A stretch of DNA of 64,000 nt, from NCBI GenBank assembly GCA_037439645.1, contig JBBIVQ010000008.1, forward strand, positions 6,693 through 70,692, read 5' to 3'. The first letter of the stretch is position 1. The number at the start of each line of letters is the position of its first letter. The notes below the pieces were generated by a model. It did no database searches. It had not been told where the DNA came from and saw only the letters and a program-made list of their open reading frames with translations. The position numbers and the translations under genes are program-made. The stretch comes from Deltaproteobacteria bacterium (GTDB lineage: Bacteria > Desulfobacterota > Deferrimicrobia > Deferrimicrobiales > Deferrimicrobiaceae). This document shows, piece by piece, positions 38,092 through 46,292 of the stretch.

Positions 38092-39570
38092 ATGTCCGGC
38101 ATCTACATGGCCATGGAGATCGCACGGAAGGCGATGTTCGCCAACCAGACGGCGATCCAGGTGACCTCCCACAACATCGCGAACGTCAACACGCCGGGGT
38201 ACTCCCGCCAGGAGGCGATCCTCACCGAGGCCGGCGCAATGTCCTCTTCCCCCGGGCAGCTCGGCATGGGCAGCGTCGTCAGCGGAATCCGGCAGCAGGC
38301 GGACCTGCTGACGGAGCGCCAGCTCGTTTCCGAGAACGGGTCGTACGCCTCGCTCGACTACACCGCCCGCGCCATCGCCCAGGTCGAGGGGATCTTCAAC
38401 GACACCACCGGGACGGGGCTCGAAAACCGGGTGAGCGAGTTCTTCAACTCCTGGGACGACCTCTCCGCGAATCCGCAGGGGACCGCGGAGCGGCAGGCCG
38501 TGGTCTCCACCGCGGAGCTCCTGGCGTCGGAGTTCCGCCGGATCGATTCCCGGTTGACCACGCTCAAGGAGAACACCAACAAGGACATCGTCTCCATCAC
38601 GGGGGACGTGAACCGGATCGCGGCGCAGATCGCGAGCCTCAACGGGGCCATCAAGGCCGCGCTGGTGCAGGGGCAGCAGCCCAACGACCTGTTGGACCAG
38701 CGGGGGGTCCTGCTGAAATCGCTCGCGGAGAAGATCGGCTACTCGTCGATCACGGACTCTCTCGGCCAGGTCGACATCTACGTCGGGAACGGCCGCACGC
38801 TGGTCGATGGGGAGTCGGCCGGAAGCCTGGTGGCCGACGCGAGCACCCCCGCACCGGGTTCGGAGCTCGTCTACGACGTGAAGATCCGGCTTCCGGGGCA
38901 GACCGGCCCGGTCCAGGTGCTGGACACGATCACCGGGAGCATCTCCTCGGGGGAACTTTCCTCCGCGGTCCGCTTCCGGGACGGCTACCTGACGACGGTC
39001 CGGGATCGCGTGGACCAGCTCGCCTACGCCATCAACACGCAGGTGAACGCGCTCCATTCCGCGGGGTACGGCCTCCCCGGAGGTGTTCCGCCGACGGGTG
39101 TCGCTTTTTTCACGCCTCTCGTCCCCATCGATCCGCTCGCCCCGTCGAAGGACGCCGCGCGGAACTTCCAGGTGGACGCGGGGATCGTCTCCGACCTCCG
39201 GCGGGTCGCCGCCGCCCGTGTGGAAGGGGCCGAGACCCCGCCGGCGCTTCCGGGCGACAACCGGAACGCCCTCCTCATGGCGGGGTTGAGGAACGTGTCC
39301 GTGGCCGATCTCGGCGACGCGACGATCCCCGACTACATCGCGGGAATGGTCGGACGGATCGGCTCCGAGACCCGGGGGGCGGATCTCGACCTCCAGCACC
39401 AGAAAGTGGTCGTCAACTACCTCGAAACACGGCGCGAGGAGGTTTCCGGGGTTTCGCTGGACGAAGAGATGACGAACCTGATCAAGTTCCAGAGGGCGTT
39501 CGAGGCGTCCACCAAGATGGTGTCCCTGCTGGACACGCTCCTCGACGACGTCCTCAACATGAAGAAGTAA
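38092..39570 (+). CDS. flgK: Hook-associated protein FlgK
   Basis: HNIANVNTPGYSRQ, NDLLDQR, SGVSLDEEMTNLIKFQRAFEAS. Confidence 0.97.
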   Translation: MSGIYMAMEIARKAMFANQTAIQVTSHNIANVNTPGYSRQEAILTEAGAMSSSPGQLGMGSVVSGIRQQADLLTERQLVSENGSYASLDYTARAIAQVEGIFNDTTGTGLENRVSEFFNSWDDLSANPQGTAERQAVVSTAELLASEFRRIDSRLTTLKENTNKDIVSITGDVNRIAAQIASLNGAIKAALVQGQQPNDLLDQRGVLLKSLAEKIGYSSITDSLGQVDIYVGNGRTLVDGESAGSLVADASTPAPGSELVYDVKIRLPGQTGPVQVLDTITGSISSGELSSAVRFRDGYLTTVRDRVDQLAYAINTQVNALHSAGYGLPGGVPPTGVAFFTPLVPIDPLAPSKDAARNFQVDAGIVSDLRRVAAARVEGAETPPALPGDNRNALLMAGLRNVSVADLGDATIPDYIAGMVGRIGSETRGADLDLQHQKVVVNYLETRREEVSGVSLDEEMTNLIKFQRAFEASTKMVSLLDTLLDDVLNMKK

Positions 39571-39580
39571 GGGGTCCGGC

Positions 39581-40465
39581 ATGAGGGTCACCGACAAGAT
39601 CATGTACGACCAGATGCGGTTCTCCGTCATGGCCAACCGGGACCGCCTCTTCGCCATCCAGCAGAGGATCGCCTCGAACCGGAAGCTCACTTCCCTTTCC
39701 GACGATCCGCGCGGTTCGGAGAAGGCGTCCCGGCTCAAGTCGACCCGGTCGGAGCTCGACCAGTTCCATCGGAACATCCGGGCGGGAAAGACCTCGCTGG
39801 AACTGACCGGCGCGGCCCTCCAGGGCGTGGAAGACCTTCTCGTCCGGGCGAAGGAGATCTCCGTGCAGTTTTCGAGCGGGGAGTACAGCGCCGGGGACCG
39901 CAAGCTGGCCGCGGAGGAGGTCGCCGGGATCTACCGGCAGGTGGTGTCGTACGCGAACGCGAAAAACGGGTCGGACTACCTCTTCTCCGGGTTCGGCAGC
40001 GGCACCCCCGCCTATTCGGCGGCGGGGGTCTGGCAGGGGGACGCGGGTGTCCGCGAACTGCGGATCGGCGCGAGCGAGCGGATGGCGGTCAACGTGACCG
40101 GCGCCTCCGTGTTCGGATCGTCCGACTCCGCCGGCCTCATGAAGGATCTGCGGGATTTCCAGGCCGCGCTCGACGCCGGCGACACGGCGGGGATCTCGAA
40201 CGCCATGACCACGATGGACTCGGGGTTGAACGCGGTGCTGTCGGGCCTGGCGGATGTGGGGACCCGCCTGAAGCACGTCGAGGTGATGGACATCGCGATC
40301 GGGACGATGCAGACTTCGATCGCGACCGAGCTCTCCGGGATCGAGGACCTGGACATCGCGGAGATGGCGTCCGAACTGGCGAAGCAGGAAGCGGCGTACC
40401 AGGCGGCGGTCCAGGTCGCGGGGAGGGTTTCTTCCCTGAGCATTCTGAACGGATCGAGCAAGTGA
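39581..40465 (+). CDS. flgL: Hook-associated protein FlgL
   Basis: MRVT start, SDDP, YLFSG, EDLDIAE..AYQAA..SLSILN. Confidence 0.95.
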   Translation: MRVTDKIMYDQMRFSVMANRDRLFAIQQRIASNRKLTSLSDDPRGSEKASRLKSTRSELDQFHRNIRAGKTSLELTGAALQGVEDLLVRAKEISVQFSSGEYSAGDRKLAAEEVAGIYRQVVSYANAKNGSDYLFSGFGSGTPAYSAAGVWQGDAGVRELRIGASERMAVNVTGASVFGSSDSAGLMKDLRDFQAALDAGDTAGISNAMTTMDSGLNAVLSGLADVGTRLKHVEVMDIAIGTMQTSIATELSGIEDLDIAEMASELAKQEAAYQAAVQVAGRVSSLSILNGSSK

Positions 40466-40519
40466 ATCCGGGGCAGGATCGGGTCCTGAACATGCCGATG
40501 AGTCTCCATGGAGGGAGCC

Positions 40520-40750
40520 ATGCTGGTGCTGACACGGAAGTCCGGGGAGCGCCTGATGATCGGGGACGACGTGATGATCACGGTCCTCGATGTGGGCAGA
40601 GGGCAAGTGCGTCTCGGGATCGAGGCTCCGAAAGGGGTGAGGGTGCACCGGGAGGAGATCTTCGCGAAGGTGATCGAGGAAAACCGTCACGCCGCGGAAG
40701 CCTCGGGGGATTTCCTGCCGGATTGGGAAGGGGAGGGCGATGAGGATTGA
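40520..40750 (+). CDS. csrA: Translational regulator CsrA
   Basis: [28 protein letters not shown] plus the C-terminal EEN extension seen in FliW-regulated CsrA. Confidence 0.97.
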   Translation: MLVLTRKSGERLMIGDDVMITVLDVGRGQVRLGIEAPKGVRVHREEIFAKVIEENRHAAEASGDFLPDWEGEGDED

Positions 40751-41213
40751 AAACACCCGGCTCGGGGACCTCGAAGTCGAGGACGCCCGCATCGTGACGA
40801 TTCCCGACGGAATCCTCGGTTTCCCCGATTCCAGGCGGTATGTCGTCCTCGACCTCCGGAAGGGGTCCAGCCTGAAATGGCTCCTTTCCGTCGACCGCCC
40901 CGAGCTGGCGTTCGTGGTGACGGACCCGCATCCCTGGTTCCCCGACTACGCCGTGTCGTTGTCCGACACCGACGTGGCGGCCCTCGCGTTCCGCGAGAAG
41001 GACGAACTGTCCGTGATGGCGATCGTCACCGCGCGGGGCCGGCGGAGGGAAGACACGACGCTGAACCTTCGGGCGCCGGTCGCGGTGAACCTGCGGACCC
41101 TGCTGGGGAAGCAGGTCGTCCTGTCCGAAGACCGGTGGGGAGTCCGGGTTCCGCTACCCGTCAGGACTCCATCGCCTTCCGGTGCGACAGTTCGGAGAGC
41201 TGCCGGTTCGTGA
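40740..41213 (+). CDS. fliW: Flagellar assembly factor FliW
   Basis: GILGFP, WLLS...[29 protein letters not shown]. Confidence 0.95.
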   Translation: MRIENTRLGDLEVEDARIVTIPDGILGFPDSRRYVVLDLRKGSSLKWLLSVDRPELAFVVTDPHPWFPDYAVSLSDTDVAALAFREKDELSVMAIVTARGRRREDTTLNLRAPVAVNLRTLLGKQVVLSEDRWGVRVPLPVRTPSPSGATVRRAAGS

Positions 41214-42162
41214 TGAACCGGGAGAGCCGCTTCGCGTTCCCTTCGGCGAGGCGTGTGACCGCGAACCCGTAACGGAACCGGTGCTTCGACGTGTTTTCGG
41301 GGAACGTGAATTCGTAGACGCACCGCGCGGAAAGCTCGATCGGCAGCATCTCACCCCCCTCGATCCTGCACGGGGATATCTCTTCCCCGACGCGGAGGCG
41401 GGCGGAGGTCGCCACCGAAAATCCCCCCATTCCGACGTCGAGCACCCCCATCTCCGGGAGGTCCCGTTTGACCGCGCGGCAGACGACGGCGTCGCGCAGG
41501 GGCGGTTCGACCCGGTAATGCTCCCGGCGCTGGGTGAACCGGATCGCATCCGGAACGGCGAGGATGTGCGCGAAACTCCCCCCGTCCCCCTCCTCGGTTT
41601 TCCACGTCGTATCGAGGTGATACGGGACTCTCTGGTAGAGGTATTCGATCCGCACGGTCCGCGATTTCCGGAGCATCTCGTTCCCGCCGGCGGGGGCCAC
41701 CGGCAGGATGGACAGCCCTTCGTCCCCGTCCCGGAGTCCGTCGGCCTGGGAGGAGAACTTGATGAAATGGTCGTCGATCCACAGGTACAGGGGCGTCCGG
41801 GCGTCCGCCACCCTCGCAAGGTGGTCCCGAACCGCTTCCGGGGTCAGCAGGTTCTCCGTGAGGTAGCGGACGGTGTCTTCCATCTCGCTCTTCCGTGCCC
41901 GCCGGCGGGCGAGGAGAACGCTTGCGGCCGCGAGGAGCGCCACGCCCGCCGCGGCCGCCGCGACGGTCCGGACGAGGACGCTCCGTTTCTCGTCGGCGGG
42001 GAGTTCCTCCCCGGAGTCGCGGACAACCTGTTCCCCCAGCGAGGTCTGGAACTTCCGCACCCGCTCCTCCTTCGTGTCCGCCGCCGGCGCCGCGGAAGAG
42101 AGCAGTCCGAGGAGCGCCATCAGCGCGACGGGCAGCAGGCGGGGGATCCGGGTCTTTTCCAT
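41161..42162 (-). CDS. Membrane-anchored YcgR-like PilZ protein
   Basis: Signal peptide, short exported segment, TM helix followed by RRRARK, YcgR-N-like barrel, QRREHYRV and DVGMGG PilZ motifs. Confidence 0.85.
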   Translation of the reverse strand: MEKTRIPRLLPVALMALLGLLSSAAPAADTKEERVRKFQTSLGEQVVRDSGEELPADEKRSVLVRTVAAAAAGVALLAAASVLLARRRARKSEMEDTVRYLTENLLTPEAVRDHLARVADARTPLYLWIDDHFIKFSSQADGLRDGDEGLSILPVAPAGGNEMLRKSRTVRIEYLYQRVPYHLDTTWKTEEGDGGSFAHILAVPDAIRFTQRREHYRVEPPLRDAVVCRAVKRDLPEMGVLDVGMGGFSVATSARLRVGEEISPCRIEGGEMLPIELSARCVYEFTFPENTSKHRFRYGFAVTRLAEGNAKRLSRFITNRQLSELSHRKAMES

Positions 42163-42228
42163 ACCATGTTATTACCACACCTTCACCGGCGCGGGAACGG
42201 CGGATCCGAAGGAATCGCCAGGCCGGAT

Positions 42229-42256
42229 TAAAGTTGTCCGCCCGGGGATCCGATAA
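42229..42256 (+). promoter_or_regulatory. Sigma28 promoter of flagellin
   Basis: TAAAGTTG...TCCGATAA, 16-bp spacer. Confidence 0.82.
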
Positions 42257-42371
42257 GGAGAACGTACGGAGGATGGGATCGAATCCGAAGAGGAAAAGGA
42301 GGGAGAGTACAGGGGAACGCGAACGGAAACGGCGGCGGTCGGTAAGGAAACAAGGGTCGTTCAACCCCCAG

Positions 42372-42408
42372 CCCAGGGCAAGGATGCCCGGGAAACATCA
42401 AGGAGGAT
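42372..42408 (+). promoter_or_regulatory. CsrA-binding hairpin plus SD-overlapping GGA site in the fliC leader
   Basis: GGGCA-AGGA-TGCCC stem-loop at 42376-42389, followed by the SD AAGGAGGA. Confidence 0.75.
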
Positions 42409-42414
42409 CGAAAC

Positions 42415-43257
42415 ATGTCGGTTACCATCAACAGCAATCTCGCATCGCTCACCGCAAGAAAGAATCTGGACGTCACGCAGAGCAACCTGGCCACGTCGAT
42501 CGCCCGCCTCTCCTCGGGGATGCGGATCACCCGCGCTTCCGACGACGCGGCGGGGCTGGCGATCTCCGAGAAGTTGAACGCGCAGGTCCGCGGGTTCGCG
42601 CAGGCGTCGCGGAACGCCGCGAACGGGATCTCCATGGTCGCGACGGCGGAAGGCGCGCTGAACGAAGTGACCAACATCCTGACCCGCATGCGGGAACTGG
42701 CCGTTCAGGCCTCTTCCGGCGACCTCGGATCGGGCGAGCGGGCCAACCTCGACTCCGAGTACCAGCAGCTCCTCCAGGAGATCGACCGGATCTCCAACTC
42801 GACCAAGTTCAACGGAGCGAGCCTCATCGCGTCCGGCGTCACGAGCGTCACCTTCCAGGTGGGGATCAACTCCGGGAGCGACAACGTGATCTCCGTGTCT
42901 TTGAGCGGCGTGTACACGAACGGGTTGGGCGGCACCAGCGTGATCGGCGGGACCTCCATCTCCGGAACGGACGGGGTCAACGCCATGGACCAGCTGGCGA
43001 AGATCGACTCGGCGATCGGCCAGGTCACCACGATCCGCGGTTCCTTCGGCGCCATGCAGAACCGGCTCGAATCGGTCATCCGCAACCTGGCGGTCACCAT
43101 CGAGAACACCACGGCGGCGAACTCCCGCATCCGTGACGTGGACGTGGCCGAGGAGACGGCTACCTACACGAAGAACCAGATCCTGGTCCAGGCCGGCGTG
43201 TCGGTCCTCGCCCAGGCGAACCAGATGCCCTCGATCGCCCTCTCGCTGCTGAAGTAA
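42415..43257 (+). CDS. fliC: Flagellin (short, 280 aa)
   Basis: RLSSGMRITRASDDAAGLAISE, GAMQNRLE, SRIRDVDVAEE, AQANQ. Confidence 0.99.
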   Translation: MSVTINSNLASLTARKNLDVTQSNLATSIARLSSGMRITRASDDAAGLAISEKLNAQVRGFAQASRNAANGISMVATAEGALNEVTNILTRMRELAVQASSGDLGSGERANLDSEYQQLLQEIDRISNSTKFNGASLIASGVTSVTFQVGINSGSDNVISVSLSGVYTNGLGGTSVIGGTSISGTDGVNAMDQLAKIDSAIGQVTTIRGSFGAMQNRLESVIRNLAVTIENTTAANSRIRDVDVAEETATYTKNQILVQAGVSVLAQANQMPSIALSLLK

Positions 43258-43284
43258 GCGGGAGAAACCCGGGGGTTCCGGAAC

Positions 43285-43318
43285 GTTCCGGGGCGGGGGT
43301 CCAGTCCCGCCCCGGAAC
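43285..43318 (+). terminator. 13-bp GC-rich hairpin after fliC (no U-tract; mRNA stabiliser or partial terminator)
   Basis: GTTCCGGGGCGGG-ggtccagt-CCCGCCCCGGAAC, a perfect inverted repeat. Confidence 0.6.
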
Positions 43319-43323
43319 ATCGG

Positions 43324-43701
43324 GTGAGCGACATGAAGATCCAGGGAATACTCGATTCCGCCGTAGAACCGGAAACGGTCCACCTCCGGGCCGGGACCCC
43401 CGCCGACGCGGGGCAGCCGAAGGCGAAGGCCGGATCCCCGGAGCCCGGGAAGCCCCCCGCTCCGCCCGCGGCGGATTACGCGAAGGAACTCGAGCGGATC
43501 GCCGCGGCGATCCGGAAGTACATCCGGTACCACCCGACCAGCGTCGACATCACGGTGGATGCCGAGTTGCGGCAGATCGTCACGCGGGTGATCGACGAGG
43601 ATTCCGGCAAGATCATCCGCCAGTATCCGGAGGACGCGGCGCTGGAGGTCATGAAGCACCTGAAGGAACTCCGCGGGCTGCTTCTCCACGAGAAGGGATA
43701 A
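43324..43701 (+). CDS. flaG: FlaG family protein
   Basis: VIDEDSGKIIRQYPED..GLLLHEKG; between fliC and fliD. Confidence 0.9.
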   Translation: MSDMKIQGILDSAVEPETVHLRAGTPADAGQPKAKAGSPEPGKPPAPPAADYAKELERIAAAIRKYIRYHPTSVDITVDAELRQIVTRVIDEDSGKIIRQYPEDAALEVMKHLKELRGLLLHEKG

Positions 43702-43704
43702 CGC

Positions 43705-45408
43705 ATGGCGGACGTCAGTTTTTCCGGACTTTCCACGGGGATCGACACGGCCGCGCTGATCAAGGCGATGGTCGACGTGAAGCGCCAGCCGATCGTCCAG
43801 CTCCAGAAGCAGGCGGACGTGTTCCAGAGCCGGCTGACCCAGCTGGGCGACCTTGCGGGGAAACTCGGCGCATTGCGCACGGCGGCGGGCGCGCTTGCCT
43901 ATTCGAACACGTTCGCTTCCTATCTGGCCGCCTCGAGCGACAAGGACGTCTTGACGGCCGCGGCATCGTCGGCCGCGACCGAGGGGAACCACGCGGTCGG
44001 GATCACTCGGCTGGCGAAAGCCCAGACGGCCCTGTCGGACCAGGTGTTCACCTCCTCCGGCGGTGCGCTCGGGATCTCGGGCACGCTGACGCTGACTCCG
44101 GCCGGTGGGCCGGATTCCACCGTGACGATCGCCGGCACGGACACGCTGGAAGGGGTCCGGGACAAAATCAACTCCTCGGTGACGAAGGCGTTCGGCACGA
44201 TCGCTTTCCTGTCCGTCCCCGCGAGCGGGACGACGTTGACCGTGGACGGGAAAACGTACGAGTTCACCGCCGGCGCCCCCGCCGCCGGCAATATCGCGGT
44301 GAATCCCGGAGCGACCGCGGCCGAGACGGCTTCCGCGCTCGCCGCGGCGGCCACCGGGGCGGACAAGGGGGCGAACACGACGATGACGGCGAGCGGCGCC
44401 TCCGTTCGCGTGGCCGCCGACACGGCCGGCGCGGCCGGGAACGCCGTGACGATGGCGAAAGCGGGGGATACGGGCGGCGGGATCTCCCTGTCCGGAGCGA
44501 CGCTCGCCGGGGGAGGCACCCCTTCGTATGCCGCCTCCATCCTGAACGCGGGCACGGCGGCGAGCCCGTCCTGGCGACTCGTCCTCACCGCGCGCGGCAC
44601 CGGGGTTGCGAACGGCTTCGCGGCCTCGTTCTCCGGCACCGGGTCCCTCTCTTTCACGGACTCCCAGGTGGCGCAGGACGCCGTGATCAGCGTGGACGGC
44701 ATCACCGGCATCACCCGGCCGTCGAACGTGATCGGAGACGTGTTGAGCGGCGTCACGTTCACCCTCGGGCAGGACACGTCCGTCTCCGGCCCCGTCTCGG
44801 TCACGGTCAGCAAGGACACCTCGAGCGTGAAGGGGAAGATCGAGAAGCTGATCTCCGCGTACAACGACCTGCGCGGGTACATCGTGGCCAACACCCGGTA
44901 CGACCCGAAGACCAGGACGGGCGGTCCGTTGATGGGCGAGGGGTCCGTGGAGACGATCTCCCTCGGATTGAGTTCCCTGATCACCCGCTCCGTGACCGGG
45001 TTGAGCGGTTCCTACACGGCGCTGTCGCGGATCGGCATCACGAGCGACAAGAGCGACGGCACCCTCTCCATCGACCCGGCGAAGCTGGAGGCGGCGATGA
45101 CGGCCGATTTCCAGGGGGTCTCCCGCCTTTTCGGACGCGACCTTTCGAGCGGCATCAACGGGGTGGCGTACCAGATCCAGTCGAAGATCGACGGGTGGAT
45201 GTCCACCGTCGACGGCGTCATCACGATCCGGAAAGGCGGGATCCAGCAGAGCATCGACCGAATCAACTCGCAGATCTCCCAGAAGGAATCGGCGATCGGT
45301 CTCTACGAGGCGTCCCTGAAGATGCGGTTCGCCAGGCTGGAGCAGCTGGTCAGCGCGTTGAGGGACCAGTCCGGGGCGCTGAATTCGTTGAGCGCCCGGT
45401 TGAACTGA
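43705..45408 (+). CDS. fliD: Filament cap protein FliD with internal insertion
   Basis: SGLSTGIDT, LAKAQ, AQDAVISVDG, AYNDL, LSRIGI, RFARLE motifs. Confidence 0.96.
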   Translation: MADVSFSGLSTGIDTAALIKAMVDVKRQPIVQLQKQADVFQSRLTQLGDLAGKLGALRTAAGALAYSNTFASYLAASSDKDVLTAAASSAATEGNHAVGITRLAKAQTALSDQVFTSSGGALGISGTLTLTPAGGPDSTVTIAGTDTLEGVRDKINSSVTKAFGTIAFLSVPASGTTLTVDGKTYEFTAGAPAAGNIAVNPGATAAETASALAAAATGADKGANTTMTASGASVRVAADTAGAAGNAVTMAKAGDTGGGISLSGATLAGGGTPSYAASILNAGTAASPSWRLVLTARGTGVANGFAASFSGTGSLSFTDSQVAQDAVISVDGITGITRPSNVIGDVLSGVTFTLGQDTSVSGPVSVTVSKDTSSVKGKIEKLISAYNDLRGYIVANTRYDPKTRTGGPLMGEGSVETISLGLSSLITRSVTGLSGSYTALSRIGITSDKSDGTLSIDPAKLEAAMTADFQGVSRLFGRDLSSGINGVAYQIQSKIDGWMSTVDGVITIRKGGIQQSIDRINSQISQKESAIGLYEASLKMRFARLEQLVSALRDQSGALNSLSARLN

Positions 45409-45442
45409 CGGCGGGCACGATACCTACACGAGGGGAAAAAGG

Positions 45443-45847
45443 ATGATTGCGACGCGGGCGAGGATGCGGTACCAGCAGAGCAACGTGCGGACCGTGTCAC
45501 GGGAGAAGCTCCTGTTGATGCTCTTCGACGGTGCGATCGGGTTCGCGAAGGCCTCGAAGTCCCGGTACGAGGCGGGGGATCTCGTCGGTTTCCGGGAATA
45601 CATGAACCGGTGCCAGTCCATCGTCGCGGAGTTCCTTTCCACCCTCGACATGAAATCGGGTGGGGAAGTGGCGGAAAACCTTTCGCGGATCTACCTGTTT
45701 CTCATCGATCACATGGGCGAGGCGAATCTCCGGGCGAACGGAAGGAACATGGGCGACGTGGAACGGATCCTGGCCACCTTGCGGGATGGGTTCGACGGGG
45801 CGATCCGACAGCTCGCGGCCGATTCCCCGAGGGAGAGGGCGATGTGA
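45443..45847 (+). CDS. fliS: Flagellin chaperone FliS
   Basis: YQQSNV..EKLLLMLFDGAI, LDMKSGGEVAENL..IY. Confidence 0.96.
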   Translation: MIATRARMRYQQSNVRTVSREKLLLMLFDGAIGFAKASKSRYEAGDLVGFREYMNRCQSIVAEFLSTLDMKSGGEVAENLSRIYLFLIDHMGEANLRANGRNMGDVERILATLRDGFDGAIRQLAADSPRERAM

Positions 45848-45848
45848 T

Positions 45849-46247
45849 TTGGCGGTGAACGGGCGGGACATCGCGCGGGGGATGGCGGAGATCCTCGAGA
45901 GGTACCGCCATGAAACCGGGAGCATGATGGATGCGCTCCTTTCCGCGGACGAGGCGGGCGTCGACGCGGCCCTCGCGGCGAGGTGGGAGTGCATCGATCG
46001 GTATTCGGCCGAGGTCGACCGGTGGCTCGCCATCCCGCACGCCGAGCGGGATCCCTCCCTGTTCGAACCGATCCGCCGGCATCACCTTTGCATTACGAAT
46101 GCGGACAACGATCTGCTGCACCGGATCGAATCGTTGAAAAGCGAGGTCGGCGATGCCCTTGTCCGCGTCGGAAAAGCCGGGAAAATGCGTCGCAGTTACC
46201 TTCCTGCCGTTTCCGCGGACGGACGGATCGTCAACGGAGAAGGGTGA
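45849..46247 (+). CDS. Probable FliT-like chaperone
   Basis: Helical protein of about 130 aa directly after fliS; C-terminal SY...GRIVNGEG resembles chaperone tails; start uncertain (45849/45855/45882). Confidence 0.55.
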   Translation: MAVNGRDIARGMAEILERYRHETGSMMDALLSADEAGVDAALAARWECIDRYSAEVDRWLAIPHAERDPSLFEPIRRHHLCITNADNDLLHRIESLKSEVGDALVRVGKAGKMRRSYLPAVSADGRIVNGEG

Positions 46248-46292
46248 TCCCGGGCGCAAGGTCCGCCCGATCCCGCGGGACGGGACCTGCAT

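Noticed and set aside
42257-42414. c-di-GMP riboswitch or leader peptide in the fliC 5' UTR
   Set aside because: I could not identify the GEMM two-hairpin architecture. The upstream ATG opens an off-frame ORF with no short stop, and the GGA sites are better explained by CsrA.
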